A DNA stretch of 64,000 bases from an uncultured Actinomycetota bacterium (lineage in GTDB: Bacteria > Actinomycetota > Actinomycetes > Mycobacteriales > QHCD01), in contig CAWHER010000001.1 of NCBI GenBank assembly GCA_963828605.1, positions 152,204 to 216,203 on the forward strand. Reading direction: 5' to 3'. The position numbers and the translations under genes were made by a program. Positions 20,179-30,855 of this stretch are shown in pieces. Positions within the stretch are counted from its first letter, which is position 1, and every line of letters begins with the position of its first letter. Under the pieces are notes generated by a model that was not told where the DNA came from, ran no database searches, and saw nothing but the letters and a program-made list of their open reading frames with translations.

Positions 20179-20206
20179 CAACCGGGGCACACGCTCCGAC
20201 GTTCCC
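20179..20206 (-). promoter_or_regulatory. ECF sigma (SigR/SigH-type) promoter
   Basis: Minus strand GGGAAC-N18-GTTG about 50 nt upstream of the small Zn-protein gene. Confidence 0.6.
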
Positions 20207-20419
20207 AACTGCGATGCAGTCAACATCACATCCGGTCGTCGTCGGACCGTGCCGCGCCAGGCCGGCAGGAATCACCCGCCGGATTGGCCCACCCGGCCCT
20301 GTGCAGAGCCGTCGACCGGATCAGTGCGGGTGATTCGCGCCCATCCAGTGTTCACTGCCGGCGTAGCGGGCGTGTTTCGCAGGGATGACGATGACGAGTC
20401 CGCTGTCGGCTACCGGACC

Positions 20420-21838
<1,419 letters not shown>

Positions 21839-22029
21839 GAAGGCCCTTCCACGAAAGCGGTGCCTGTCACGGCAGGGTTCGACGCAGTTGCGACCCCACA
21901 GGCCCGGTCGGCCAGAAGGAGCATGTCCGGGGGATTGGTCCCGGCCGCCCGCGCCGTGTGTTCCAGTGTAACTTCGGATCGGCCGATTGCGCTTCCCGGC
22001 GGGGCGCAGGCGGGCATCCCGAGCCTGTT

Positions 22030-22803
22030 TCAGCCATCGCGGCGCTCCACCGAGGCGAGCGCGGCGCCGACGATCCCGGCGTTGTTGAGCAGTTCAGCCG
22101 GTTTGACCGGGGCGTGCAGCTGCAGGTGCGGCAGCCACTTCTCCGACTTCTTGCTCACCCCTCCTCCGACCACGAACAGGTCGGGGGAGAACAGGTGCTC
22201 GACGTGTTCCATGTAGCGCTGCACGTGATGCGCCCACTTCGACCACGACATCTTGTGGTGCTCCCGGGCGGAGGCGGCCGCCCGCTTCTCCGCGTCGTGC
22301 CCGTCCAGTTCGAGATGGCCGAGCTCGGAGTTGGGCACCAGCCGGCCGTCGACGAACAACCCGCTGCCGATGCCGGTCCCGAACGTCAGCACGATCACGA
22401 CACCTGCGACGCCCTTCGCGGCTCCGTAACGCACCTCGGCGAGTCCGGCGGCGTCGGCGTCGTTGAGGACCGTGATGTCGCGCCCGGTGGCGTCGGTGAG
22501 CGTCTTGTCGACGTCGGTGCCGATCCAGCTCGGGTCCACGTTGGCCGCCGACCGGGCCACCCCGTCCTTGATCACTGCCGGGAACGTCGCGCCGACCGCA
22601 CCGGTCCACTGCTGGGCCTCGACCAGTTCCGCCACGACGTCGGCCACCGCGAGCGGGGTCGACGGCGACGGTGTGGGGATGCGCTGGCGCGGCGTGGCCA
22701 GTTCGCCGGTGCTGAGGTCGACCACGGCGCCCTTGATGCCGCTCCCGCCGATGTCGACGCCGAAACCGCGCCCCGCCGCGCCGCCTGTCGTCCTGGTGGT
22801 CAC
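22030..22803 (-). CDS. ppgK: Polyphosphate glucokinase (ROK family)
   Basis: [52 protein letters not shown]. Confidence 0.95.
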   Translation of the reverse strand: MTTRTTGGAAGRGFGVDIGGSGIKGAVVDLSTGELATPRQRIPTPSPSTPLAVADVVAELVEAQQWTGAVGATFPAVIKDGVARSAANVDPSWIGTDVDKTLTDATGRDITVLNDADAAGLAEVRYGAAKGVAGVVIVLTFGTGIGSGLFVDGRLVPNSELGHLELDGHDAEKRAAASAREHHKMSWSKWAHHVQRYMEHVEHLFSPDLFVVGGGVSKKSEKWLPHLQLHAPVKPAELLNNAGIVGAALASVERRDG

Positions 22804-22906
22804 CGTGCCTCCCGGGTCGATCACCGTGTCGACGGACGGACTTTACGCCCAGCAACCGGCCGGCGTCCGTCGGTTGATCGCCATCGGTATCTCCGTCTGC
22901 GGCCGC

Positions 22907-23473
22907 TCAACATCCGGCCGGCGTCGCCGTCGGCGTCGCGCGCAGCCGTTTCACCGCCTCGCGGATGTCACCGGGCGTGGCGAGGCTGTGGAATTTCGGG
23001 CCGAGGGCGATGTCGACGGCGGCCGAGGTCCGATGGTCGGAGGCCAGGGTCGCTCCCGGCACCACTGCGGCGATCAGGCGGGCCGCGGCGGCCCCCGCTG
23101 ACCCGTAGCGGATCTCGCCGATCCCGGTGACGGTGCGCCCGGTGGGGTCGTTGGCCGTGGCGATCACGTCGAACCCCCGCTGCCGGAGGCCGGTGGTGAC
23201 GTCTCCTGCCAAGCCGCTCCGGCTGGTGGCGTTGTAGACCCGGACCGGAATGTCGTGCGGACTGAGGTCGGCCGGGATCGACTGGCTGGCCGAACACGCC
23301 GCGCCCTGATGGGAGCGGGTGTCATCGGTGAATATCCGCCACCAGACGCCCGCGGCGGCGATCGCGAAGATCAGGATGAAGACCACCAGCGGCCACGCCC
23401 GCCGGCGTCGCCGGCGGCGGGGCGGCCGCCTCTGGGGCACCTGCCCCAGAGGGCTCATCATCGACACCGGCAT
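22907..23473 (-). CDS. Membrane-anchored LytR_C domain protein (Cei-like)
   Basis: Single TM after poly-Arg; VRVYNAT...GLA, RGF.V...AND, VD.ALG..F. Confidence 0.82.
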   Translation of the reverse strand: MPVSMMSPLGQVPQRRPPRRRRRRRAWPLVVFILIFAIAAAGVWWRIFTDDTRSHQGAACSASQSIPADLSPHDIPVRVYNATSRSGLAGDVTTGLRQRGFDVIATANDPTGRTVTGIGEIRYGSAGAAAARLIAAVVPGATLASDHRTSAAVDIALGPKFHSLATPGDIREAVKRLRATPTATPAGC

Positions 23474-23754
23474 CTCCCGGACACAGCGGGACTCTAGCCA
23501 CCAAGCAGACACCAGGCGACAACCGGTCGCGTGGCGCCCCGCCCGCCGACGGTGCAGATCTCGGGAAACGGGGAGTCGTGCGGGCGCCTGGCATACACTC
23601 CTGTAGCCTTCTGCGCCCCCGGTCGGTGAACTGACACGAGGGCGTCGGACGGCAATGTGGGGGACGTCACTAAGAACCTACGCCGATCGGGCACATATGG
23701 GCGGGGCGGCGCGTTACCCACGCGCCATATTTTGACGGCAGGAGTGACGAATAG

Positions 23755-24057
23755 ATGGCAACCGACTACGACGCCCCTCGGCGTAACGAGGCCGACGAGC
23801 TGGGCGAGGACTCCCTCGAGCAGCTCAAGGCACGCCGTGCCGAGGCGCAATCCGCAACGGTCGACACCGACGAGGCCGAGCTGAACGAGTCGTTCGAGCT
23901 GCCCGGTGCCGATCTGTCCACCGAAGAACTCACGGTCAAGGTGCTTCCGAAGCAGGCCGACGAGTTCACCTGTGTGAGCTGTTTCCTGGTTCATCACCGC
24001 AGTCAGCTCGCCGGCCAGAAGAACGGCCGGCCGATCTGCCGCGACTGCGCCGCCTGA
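23755..24057 (+). CDS. DUF4193 domain protein
   Basis: MATDYDAPR, ELPGADLS.EEL.V.V.P.QADEFTC..CFLVHHRSQ...CRDC. Confidence 0.93.
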   Translation: MATDYDAPRRNEADELGEDSLEQLKARRAEAQSATVDTDEAELNESFELPGADLSTEELTVKVLPKQADEFTCVSCFLVHHRSQLAGQKNGRPICRDCAA

Positions 24058-24082
24058 GCGGCCGGCCGGTGTTCCCGCAGGT

Positions 24083-24109
24083 CGCCGGCCGCGGTCCCCG
24101 CGGCCGGCG
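24083..24109 (+). terminator. GC-rich hairpin after DUF4193
   Basis: cgccggccgcgg-tcc-ccgcggccggcg. Confidence 0.5.
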
Positions 24110-24135
24110 CGGGTGACGGGGGGCCGAGGGTAGCC

Positions 24136-24660
24136 TTGCGCGCTGTGTCCCCGACCTCGCAGCCTTCGCCCGACGGCACGGTCGACGTGCTCGTCACCCG
24201 GCTGGATCCCGACCTACCGCTTCCCGCCTACGCGCGCCCGGCCGACGCCGGAGCCGACCTGGTGGCCGCGACGTCCGTCGAGCTGCAGCCCGGCGAACGG
24301 GCGGTGATCCCCACCGGGATCGCGATCGCCCTGCCGGACGGCTACGCCGGATTCGTGCATCCGCGCTCCGGCCTGGCCGCGCGCTGCGGGCTGACGCTGG
24401 TCAACGCGCCGGGGACGATCGACGCGGGTTACCGCGGCGAGATCCGCGTCATTCTCATCAACCTCGACCCCCGCGAGCCGGTCCAGGTGGCCCGCGGCGA
24501 CCGGATCGCGCAGCTGGTGGTGCAGCGGGTGGAGCGGGCCGTCTTCGAGGTGGTCGATGCGCTTCCCCCGTCCGAGCGCGGCACCGGCGGGCACGGCTCG
24601 ACCGGCGGTCATCGCGTGCTCGCCGCGCCGGAGATGCTCACCGTGCCGGATGGCAGCTGA
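24136..24660 (+). CDS. dut: dUTP diphosphatase (start uncertain)
   Basis: [42 protein letters not shown]. Confidence 0.96.
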   Translation: MRAVSPTSQPSPDGTVDVLVTRLDPDLPLPAYARPADAGADLVAATSVELQPGERAVIPTGIAIALPDGYAGFVHPRSGLAARCGLTLVNAPGTIDAGYRGEIRVILINLDPREPVQVARGDRIAQLVVQRVERAVFEVVDALPPSERGTGGHGSTGGHRVLAAPEMLTVPDGS

Positions 24661-25307
24661 TGGCGTTCGGACGCCGGCACCGCAACCGCAACAAACTCGA
24701 TGCGACGGTGCCCGGCCAGGAACATCGCCAACACGAGCAGGAGCCGACCAGCGGCCCCTGGGACGTCACCGATGCGCCGGACGACGACGTCGAGCGGCTG
24801 GATCTTGGCGCCCTCCTCGTGCCGCTGGTCCCCGGCTGCGACATCCAGCTCGGGATGAGCCCGGAGGGGGTCGCGGTCGCGGCGACGCTCACCTCGCGGG
24901 CCGGGTCCATGGAGCTCGCGGTCTACGCCGCACCCCGGTCCGGTGGCATCTGGGACCCCGTCCGCCGCGAGATCCTGGCCGAGGTCTCGGCCCACGGAGG
25001 CACCGGCCAGGAACAGGACGGCCCGTGGGGGCGGGAGCTGCTCGCCCGGGTCCGGGCCCAGAACGGACACCAACCCGCCCGCTTCGTCGGTATCGACGGC
25101 CCGCGGTGGTTCCTGCGCGCCGTACTGAGTGGACCGGCCGTCGGCGATGGCGGCGACGCGACCCAGTTCGAGGAGGCGCTCCGGCAGGTCGTGGTCGCCC
25201 GCGGGCAGGATCCGATGCCGGTGCGCGAGCCGTTGCCGCTGCAGCTGCCCCGCGACGTGGCCGACCAGATCGAGCAGGCGCAGGCGCAGCAGTCGCCGCC
25301 CGCCTGA
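24660..25307 (+). CDS. DUF3710 domain protein
   Basis: GPWD, RLDLG.L, AAPRS.GIW, GPWG.EL, RFVGIDGPRWFLR; typical position after dut. Confidence 0.9.
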   Translation: MAFGRRHRNRNKLDATVPGQEHRQHEQEPTSGPWDVTDAPDDDVERLDLGALLVPLVPGCDIQLGMSPEGVAVAATLTSRAGSMELAVYAAPRSGGIWDPVRREILAEVSAHGGTGQEQDGPWGRELLARVRAQNGHQPARFVGIDGPRWFLRAVLSGPAVGDGGDATQFEEALRQVVVARGQDPMPVREPLPLQLPRDVADQIEQAQAQQSPPA

Positions 25308-25318
25308 GTCGCGCACCG

Positions 25319-26107
25319 ATGACGCGGCGGGCGGACGATCGGCCCGTGACGAACGCCCGCTACGGCGCCCACCCGAGCCAGGTCGGCGACCTGTGGGTGC
25401 CGGAGGGGCCCGGTCCCCATCCGGTGGTCGTCGTGCTGCACGGCGGCTTCTGGCGGGCGGCGTACGACCGCGGTCTCGGCGAGCCGCTCGCCCGGGACCT
25501 GGTCCGGCACGGTTTCGCTGCCTGGAACCTCGAATACCGCCGGCTCGGCGGCGGTGGAGGCTGGCCGGCGACGCTGGCCGACGTCGCGGCCGGGATCGAT
25601 CACCTCGGGGGACTCGCCGATCCCCACAGCCTGGATCTCGGGCGGGTCAGCGCGGTAGGGCACTCGGCGGGCGGTCAGCTCGCCGTCTGGGCCTCGGCGC
25701 GGCCCACTCTCGCGCGTGGCCTGCCCGGCGCCGGGCCCGCCGTCCGCCTGGTCGGTGTGGTGTCCCAGGCCGGCGTCCTGGACCTGGAGGACGCCGCGCG
25801 GCACGGACTGGGCGGCGGCGCCGTCGCCGACCTGCTCGGTGGTCCGCCCGATGCGGTCCCGGACAGATACGCCGCCGCCTCTCCGACCCGCCGACTCCCG
25901 ACCGGTGTGCCCGTGCTGTGCGTGCACGGCCGGACCGACGACACGGTGCCGGTCCGGCAGAGCGAGCGCTATGCGCGGGCCGCCGCCGCGGTGGGGGACC
26001 GGTGCGAGGTACGGATCGTCGACGGTGATCACTTCGCGCCCATATCGCCGGGTTCCCCCGGCTGGGCGGGCGCCCTGGCCCAGCTATGCCGCTGGACGCC
26101 GCCGTGA
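25319..26107 (+). CDS. Alpha/beta hydrolase (HSL-like esterase)
   Basis: YG.HP.Q, HGGFW, EYRRLG, GHSAGG, HG..D..VP. Confidence 0.88.
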   Translation: MTRRADDRPVTNARYGAHPSQVGDLWVPEGPGPHPVVVVLHGGFWRAAYDRGLGEPLARDLVRHGFAAWNLEYRRLGGGGGWPATLADVAAGIDHLGGLADPHSLDLGRVSAVGHSAGGQLAVWASARPTLARGLPGAGPAVRLVGVVSQAGVLDLEDAARHGLGGGAVADLLGGPPDAVPDRYAAASPTRRLPTGVPVLCVHGRTDDTVPVRQSERYARAAAAVGDRCEVRIVDGDHFAPISPGSPGWAGALAQLCRWTPP

Positions 26108-26236
26108 TCCGTCGGCCGTGCGGGGAACCGGAGGCCGGGGACCGCCCGCTACCCTGGGAGGAAGTCGAGACCGAGGATGGCCCGCTCGGCATGATCGTCG
26201 CCGAGTGTGCCGGTCGAGCAAGGGAGTGTTACCCCG

Positions 26237-26632
26237 ATGGCCGACCAGACACGGGCGGCGCATGAGCGGAGCTGGATCTCCCGCGCGATGCGCCGGCTAG
26301 TCGCGGACGACGCCGAGCTCGACGCCGAGGAGCTGCAGAGCGACGTCGCCCAGGCCGGAGCCATTTCGGTGTCCCGGTGCTGCCGCGGCGAAGAGGTCAC
26401 CATCACCGGCCGGCTGAAGTCGGTGATGTTCAAGCCGCACGAGACCGTCCCGACCCTCGAGGCCGAGCTCTTCGACGGCTCCGGCACGGTGACCCTGATC
26501 TGGCTGGGGCGTCGGCAGATCGTCGGAATCGAACCGGGTCGCGCTCTGGTCGCCCGGGGCCGGCTCGCCGAGAAGAACGGTTCCCGCTTCCTATTCAACC
26601 CGTGGTACGAGCTGAAGCCGACCACTCCGTGA
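26237..26632 (+). CDS. OB-fold nucleic-acid-binding protein
   Basis: LEAELFDGSG.V.L.WLGRR.I.GI.PG...NP.YEL. Confidence 0.88.
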   Translation: MADQTRAAHERSWISRAMRRLVADDAELDAEELQSDVAQAGAISVSRCCRGEEVTITGRLKSVMFKPHETVPTLEAELFDGSGTVTLIWLGRRQIVGIEPGRALVARGRLAEKNGSRFLFNPWYELKPTTP

Positions 26633-27333
26633 GTCATCACCGGCCCGCGGACGCCGCCACCAAGACGCCTGCCGGCCAGGGTCAGGGCCATCAGCTGATC
26701 ATGCAGGCGATCGGCGGCTGGCGCGGGCTGCTCGACTCGGGGCTGCCGGTCATCGTCTTCGTCGTCGCCAACGCCCTCGGTGGTCTGCGGGTGGCTATCT
26801 GGTCGGCGATCGGAGCCGGCGCCGTGCTGTTCGTCGTCCGGCTGGCCCGACGCGAGCCGGTCCAGCAGGCGATCGGCGGGTTCGTGGCGGTGGCAGTCGC
26901 CGCCTTCATCGCGGCCCGGACGGGGCAGGCGCGCGGGTACTTCCTCTTCGGAATCTGGCGCAACCTGGCCTACGGCGCGGTGTTCCTCGGCTCGGTCCTG
27001 GTGCGTCGACCGCTGCTGGGTGTCGCGTGGGAATACCTCGAGGGCCGCGGGCAGGCCTGGCGGCACAACCGGACGTTGCTGCGGGTCTATACCTGGACCA
27101 CGCTGCTGTGGGCCGCGGTCTTCTTCGCCCGCACCCTGGTGCAGCACTTTTTCTACCAGCGCAACGCCACCGGGTGGCTGGCGGCGACGTCGCTGGCGAT
27201 GGGGTACCCGCTCTTCGCTCTGGTCGGCGTGGTGACGGTGTGGGCCATCCGGCGGGCCCGCCGGACGACCCAGCCGGCGACGGCGGAGCCCAGCGAGCAC
27301 CCGGAGCACCCGGACGAGCCCGTCGAAGAATGA
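26629..27333 (+). CDS. DUF3159 membrane protein
   Basis: GGWRGL.DS.LP..VF, TG.A..YFL.GI, GWLA....MG.PL; GTGA overlap with the previous gene. Confidence 0.88.
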   Translation: MSHHRPADAATKTPAGQGQGHQLIMQAIGGWRGLLDSGLPVIVFVVANALGGLRVAIWSAIGAGAVLFVVRLARREPVQQAIGGFVAVAVAAFIAARTGQARGYFLFGIWRNLAYGAVFLGSVLVRRPLLGVAWEYLEGRGQAWRHNRTLLRVYTWTTLLWAAVFFARTLVQHFFYQRNATGWLAATSLAMGYPLFALVGVVTVWAIRRARRTTQPATAEPSEHPEHPDEPVEE

Positions 27334-27342
27334 CCTGCGACG

Positions 27343-28018
27343 TCAGCCGGCCGGCAGGTGTGAGCCGCCGAGGGTGTGCCGAATCTCCTGTTCGACGTTC
27401 TGCGTGGCGACGAAGAGCAGTTCGTCACCGGACTCGAGCGGCTCGTCCTGACTCGGAACGATCACCCGCCCGCCCCGGAGGATGACGACGAGCGCCGCAT
27501 CACGAGGCAGCCTCAGGTCGCGGACGGGATGCCCGGAGTACGGCGAATCCTCGGCCAGGGTCAGTTCGACGAGGTTGGCCTGACCCTGCCGGAACGTCAT
27601 CAGCCGGACCAGGTCACCGACCGAGACGGCCTCCTCGACGAGCGCCGCGATCACCCGAGGCGACGAGACGGCGACGTCGACCCCCCACGATTCGTTGAAC
27701 AGCCACTCGTTGCGCGGATCGTTGACCCGGCCCACGACCCGGTTGACCGCGAACTCGGTCTTGGCGAGCAAGGAGACGACCAGGTTGACCTTGTCGTCGC
27801 CGGTCGAGGCGATCACGACGTCGCACCGCTGCAGCCCGGCCTCCTCGAGCGAGGCCAGCTCGCAGGCGTCGGCGAGGACCCACTCGGCGCCGGGCACCGA
27901 GTCCGGGTCGGATCGCCTTCGGGTTCCGCTCGATCAGCATCACCTGATGGCCGTTGTCGACCAGTTCGCTGGCGATGGAGCAGCCGACGTTGCCGGCTCC
28001 GGCGATGGCGACGCGCAT
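27343..28018 (-). pseudogene. trkA: TrkA family potassium uptake protein (CeoC-like), split by a +1 indel near 27905, probably an assembly error
   Basis: MRVAIAGAGNVG in ORF 27614..28018 continues as VPGAEWVLADACE... in ORF 27343..27897; removing one base restores IRPDSVPGAEW. Confidence 0.85.
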
Positions 28019-28683
28019 CAGTGCCCCTCCTCGGGCTGCGCGGCGGCGACCTCGGTCATCGCGGGCAGGATGTCGTCGGTCGCGAGCATGTGCACCAGGT
28101 CGCCATGCTGGATCACCGTCGAGTGGGTCGGGAGGGTTCCCTCACCGAACCGGGTCACGAAGGCGACCCGGGCACCGGTCGCCACCTCCAGGTCGCCCAC
28201 CGATCGCCCGATCCAGCCCTCGTGCAGCGTGAGCTGCACGAGGGCCACCGCGCCGGACGGGTCGCGCCAGTCCTCGGCCGCACCCTCGGCCAGCAGGGCC
28301 CGGAGCAGCCGGTCGGTGGTCCACGGCACGGTCGCGATGGTCGGGATGCCCAGGCGCTCGTAGACCGCCGCCCGCTTCGGGTCGTAGATCCGGGCCACCA
28401 CGTGGCCCACGCCGAAGGTCTCCCGGGCGACCCGGGCGGAGATGATGTTGGAGTTGTCGCCGCTGCTCACCGCGGCGAACGCCCCGGCCTCCTCGATGCC
28501 GGCCTCGACCAGCGTCTTCTGCTCGAACCCGACGCCGGTCACCTGGCGGCCGGAGAACTCCGAGCCGAGCCGCCGGAAGGCGGTCGGATTCTGGTCGATG
28601 ATCGCGACCGAATGGCCGAGCTGTTCGAGTCGGCGGGCGACGCCAGACCCGACCCGTCCGCAGCCCATCACAACGATGTGCAC
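28018..28683 (-). CDS. trkA: TrkA family potassium uptake protein (CeoB-like)
   Basis: HIVVMGCGRVG, AAVSSGDNSNII.ARVARE.F, ARIYDP.RA.VY.RLGIPT.ATV.WT. Confidence 0.92.
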   Translation of the reverse strand: MHIVVMGCGRVGSGVARRLEQLGHSVAIIDQNPTAFRRLGSEFSGRQVTGVGFEQKTLVEAGIEEAGAFAAVSSGDNSNIISARVARETFGVGHVVARIYDPKRAAVYERLGIPTIATVPWTTDRLLRALLAEGAAEDWRDPSGAVALVQLTLHEGWIGRSVGDLEVATGARVAFVTRFGEGTLPTHSTVIQHGDLVHMLATDDILPAMTEVAAAQPEEGH

Positions 28684-28779
28684 CCTCGCCCCTCCTGAGG
28701 CCATCCTGCCGCGTCCCTCGCGGGACGGTACACGCCCCGCCGTGCTTCAGCGGGCGTGCCGTCGCCCTACGCTTACGCC

Positions 28780-30855
28780 GTGTCCTGGTTCACCCAACTG
28801 ACCAAACGGCTCGTCGTCGGCCGCCCGCTGCGCAGCGACCGGCTCGGCGAGACGTTGATCCCCAAGCGCGTTGCGTTGCCGGTGTTCGCCAGCGACGCGC
28901 TGTCCTCGGTGGCCTACGCCCCTGAGGAGATCATTCTCACCCTGAGCGTCGCCGGACTGTCGGCTTATGCGTTTTCCCCGTGGATCGGGCTCGTGGTGGC
29001 GGGCGTGATGCTCACGGTCGTCGCGTCCTACCGCCAGACCGTGCACGCCTATCCCAGCGGTGGCGGCGACTACGAGGTGGCCACGACCAACCTCGGCCGG
29101 CGATTCGGGATGGTTGTCGCGAGTGCCCTGATGGTCGACTACGTACTGACCGTCGCGGTGTCGGTCTCGTCCGGCGTCGCCAACGTGACCTCGGCCGTGC
29201 CCGCGCTCACCGGGCATGAGGTGGAGATCTCCCTCGGCGTGATCATCATCCTCACCGCACTGAACCTGCGGGGGGTGCGGGAGTCGGGGACCTGGTTCGC
29301 CATTCCCGTCTACTGCTTCATCGTCGGTGTTCTCGGAATGGTGATCTACGGCGCGATCAGGATCGCGACCGGCACCCACCTGCAGGCCGAGACCGCCCAC
29401 TTCGGGCTCCGTCCCGTCGGGCACTTCACCGGCCTGGCGCTGGCCTTCCTCGTCCTGCGCGCCTTCTCTTCGGGGTCGGCGGCGCTGACCGGTGTCGAGG
29501 CCATCAGCAACGGCGTGCCGGCCTTCCGCAAACCGAAGAGCAGGAACGCCGCGAGCACGCTGCTGATGATGGGCCTGATCGCCGTCACGATGCTGATGGG
29601 CATCATCCTGCTGGCGCAATCGACCGGGGTGAAGATCGCGGAGAGCTCGTCCGACCTGATCGGCGCGCCGCCCGGCTACGAACAGAAGACGGTCATCGCG
29701 CAGATCGCCCAGGCGGTCTTCAACCACTTCCAGTTCGGCTTCTACTTCGTCACCGCCGCGACCGGCGTCATTCTGGTGCTGGCGGCCAACACGGCGTTCA
29801 ACGGCTTTCCCGTGCTCGGGTCGATCCTCGCCCAGCACCGCTACCTGCCCCGGCAGCTGCACACCCGTGGCGACAAGCTCGCCTTCAGCAACGGCATCCT
29901 CATGCTGGCGCTCTTCGCCAGCATCCTGATCATCGGCTTCGACGCCAGCGTGACCCGGCTGATCCAGCTCTACATCGTGGGCGTCTTCGTCTCCTTCAAC
30001 TGCAGCCAGGCCGGGATGATCCGGCACTGGAACCGGCTGCTGCGCACCGAACGCGACCCCGCGGCCCGGCGGAGGATGCGCCGATCCCAGGCGATCAACA
30101 CGTTCGGTCTGTGCATGACCGCGATCGTGCTGGTCATCGTGCTGATCACGAAGTTCACCCACGGCGCCTGGATCGCGATCCTGGCGATGGCGGTGATCTT
30201 CATGACCATGCGCGGGATCCGGTCCCACTACGACCGGGTGGCGCGTGAGCTCGAGCCGACGGACGAGATGGCCGTGCTGCCGTCCCGCAACCACGTCGTG
30301 GTGCTGGTGTCCAAGGTGCACAAGCCGACCCTGCGCGCGCTGTCCTTCGCCCGCGCCACGAGGCCGGACACCCTGACCGCCCTGACGGTCAACGTCGACG
30401 ACGCGGACACCCGCGCCCTGCAGGCGGAGTGGGAACGGCGCCGGCTGCCCGTTCCGCTGACCGTGATCGACTCGCCGTACCGCGAGGTCACCCGCCCGGT
30501 GCTCGATTACGTCCGGTCGATCCGTCGGGAGAGCCCGCGCGAACTGGTGACCGTGTTCATCCCGGAGTACGTCGTCGGGAAATGGTGGGAGAACCTGCTG
30601 CACAACCAGAGCGCGCTCCGGCTGAAGAGCCGGCTGCTCTTCGAGCCCGGCGTGATGGTCACCAACGTGCCGTGGCAACTGGAGTCGACCGGCCAGAAAC
30701 TCGCCAGCCGGGAACGGGTCTACCGCCGGGACCGGTGGCGGCGCGCGATGCGCGCGGAATTCCGCGACGCCTCCGCGGCGCCCGAGGAGAGCCCGCCGGA
30801 CGGCGACAAGCCGGCCCCGACCGGCACCCGCGGTGGTCGACCGGACCAGCCGTGA
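28780..30855 (+). CDS. APC family permease (KimA/YdaO-like)
   Basis: FASDALSSVAYA, YPSGGGDY, ALTGVEAISNGVP.F; C-terminal cytoplasmic SPYR / LHNQ domain; TACGCT-N6-GTG. Confidence 0.9.
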   Translation: MSWFTQLTKRLVVGRPLRSDRLGETLIPKRVALPVFASDALSSVAYAPEEIILTLSVAGLSAYAFSPWIGLVVAGVMLTVVASYRQTVHAYPSGGGDYEVATTNLGRRFGMVVASALMVDYVLTVAVSVSSGVANVTSAVPALTGHEVEISLGVIIILTALNLRGVRESGTWFAIPVYCFIVGVLGMVIYGAIRIATGTHLQAETAHFGLRPVGHFTGLALAFLVLRAFSSGSAALTGVEAISNGVPAFRKPKSRNAASTLLMMGLIAVTMLMGIILLAQSTGVKIAESSSDLIGAPPGYEQKTVIAQIAQAVFNHFQFGFYFVTAATGVILVLAANTAFNGFPVLGSILAQHRYLPRQLHTRGDKLAFSNGILMLALFASILIIGFDASVTRLIQLYIVGVFVSFNCSQAGMIRHWNRLLRTERDPAARRRMRRSQAINTFGLCMTAIVLVIVLITKFTHGAWIAILAMAVIFMTMRGIRSHYDRVARELEPTDEMAVLPSRNHVVVLVSKVHKPTLRALSFARATRPDTLTALTVNVDDADTRALQAEWERRRLPVPLTVIDSPYREVTRPVLDYVRSIRRESPRELVTVFIPEYVVGKWWENLLHNQSALRLKSRLLFEPGVMVTNVPWQLESTGQKLASRERVYRRDRWRRAMRAEFRDASAAPEESPPDGDKPAPTGTRGGRPDQP

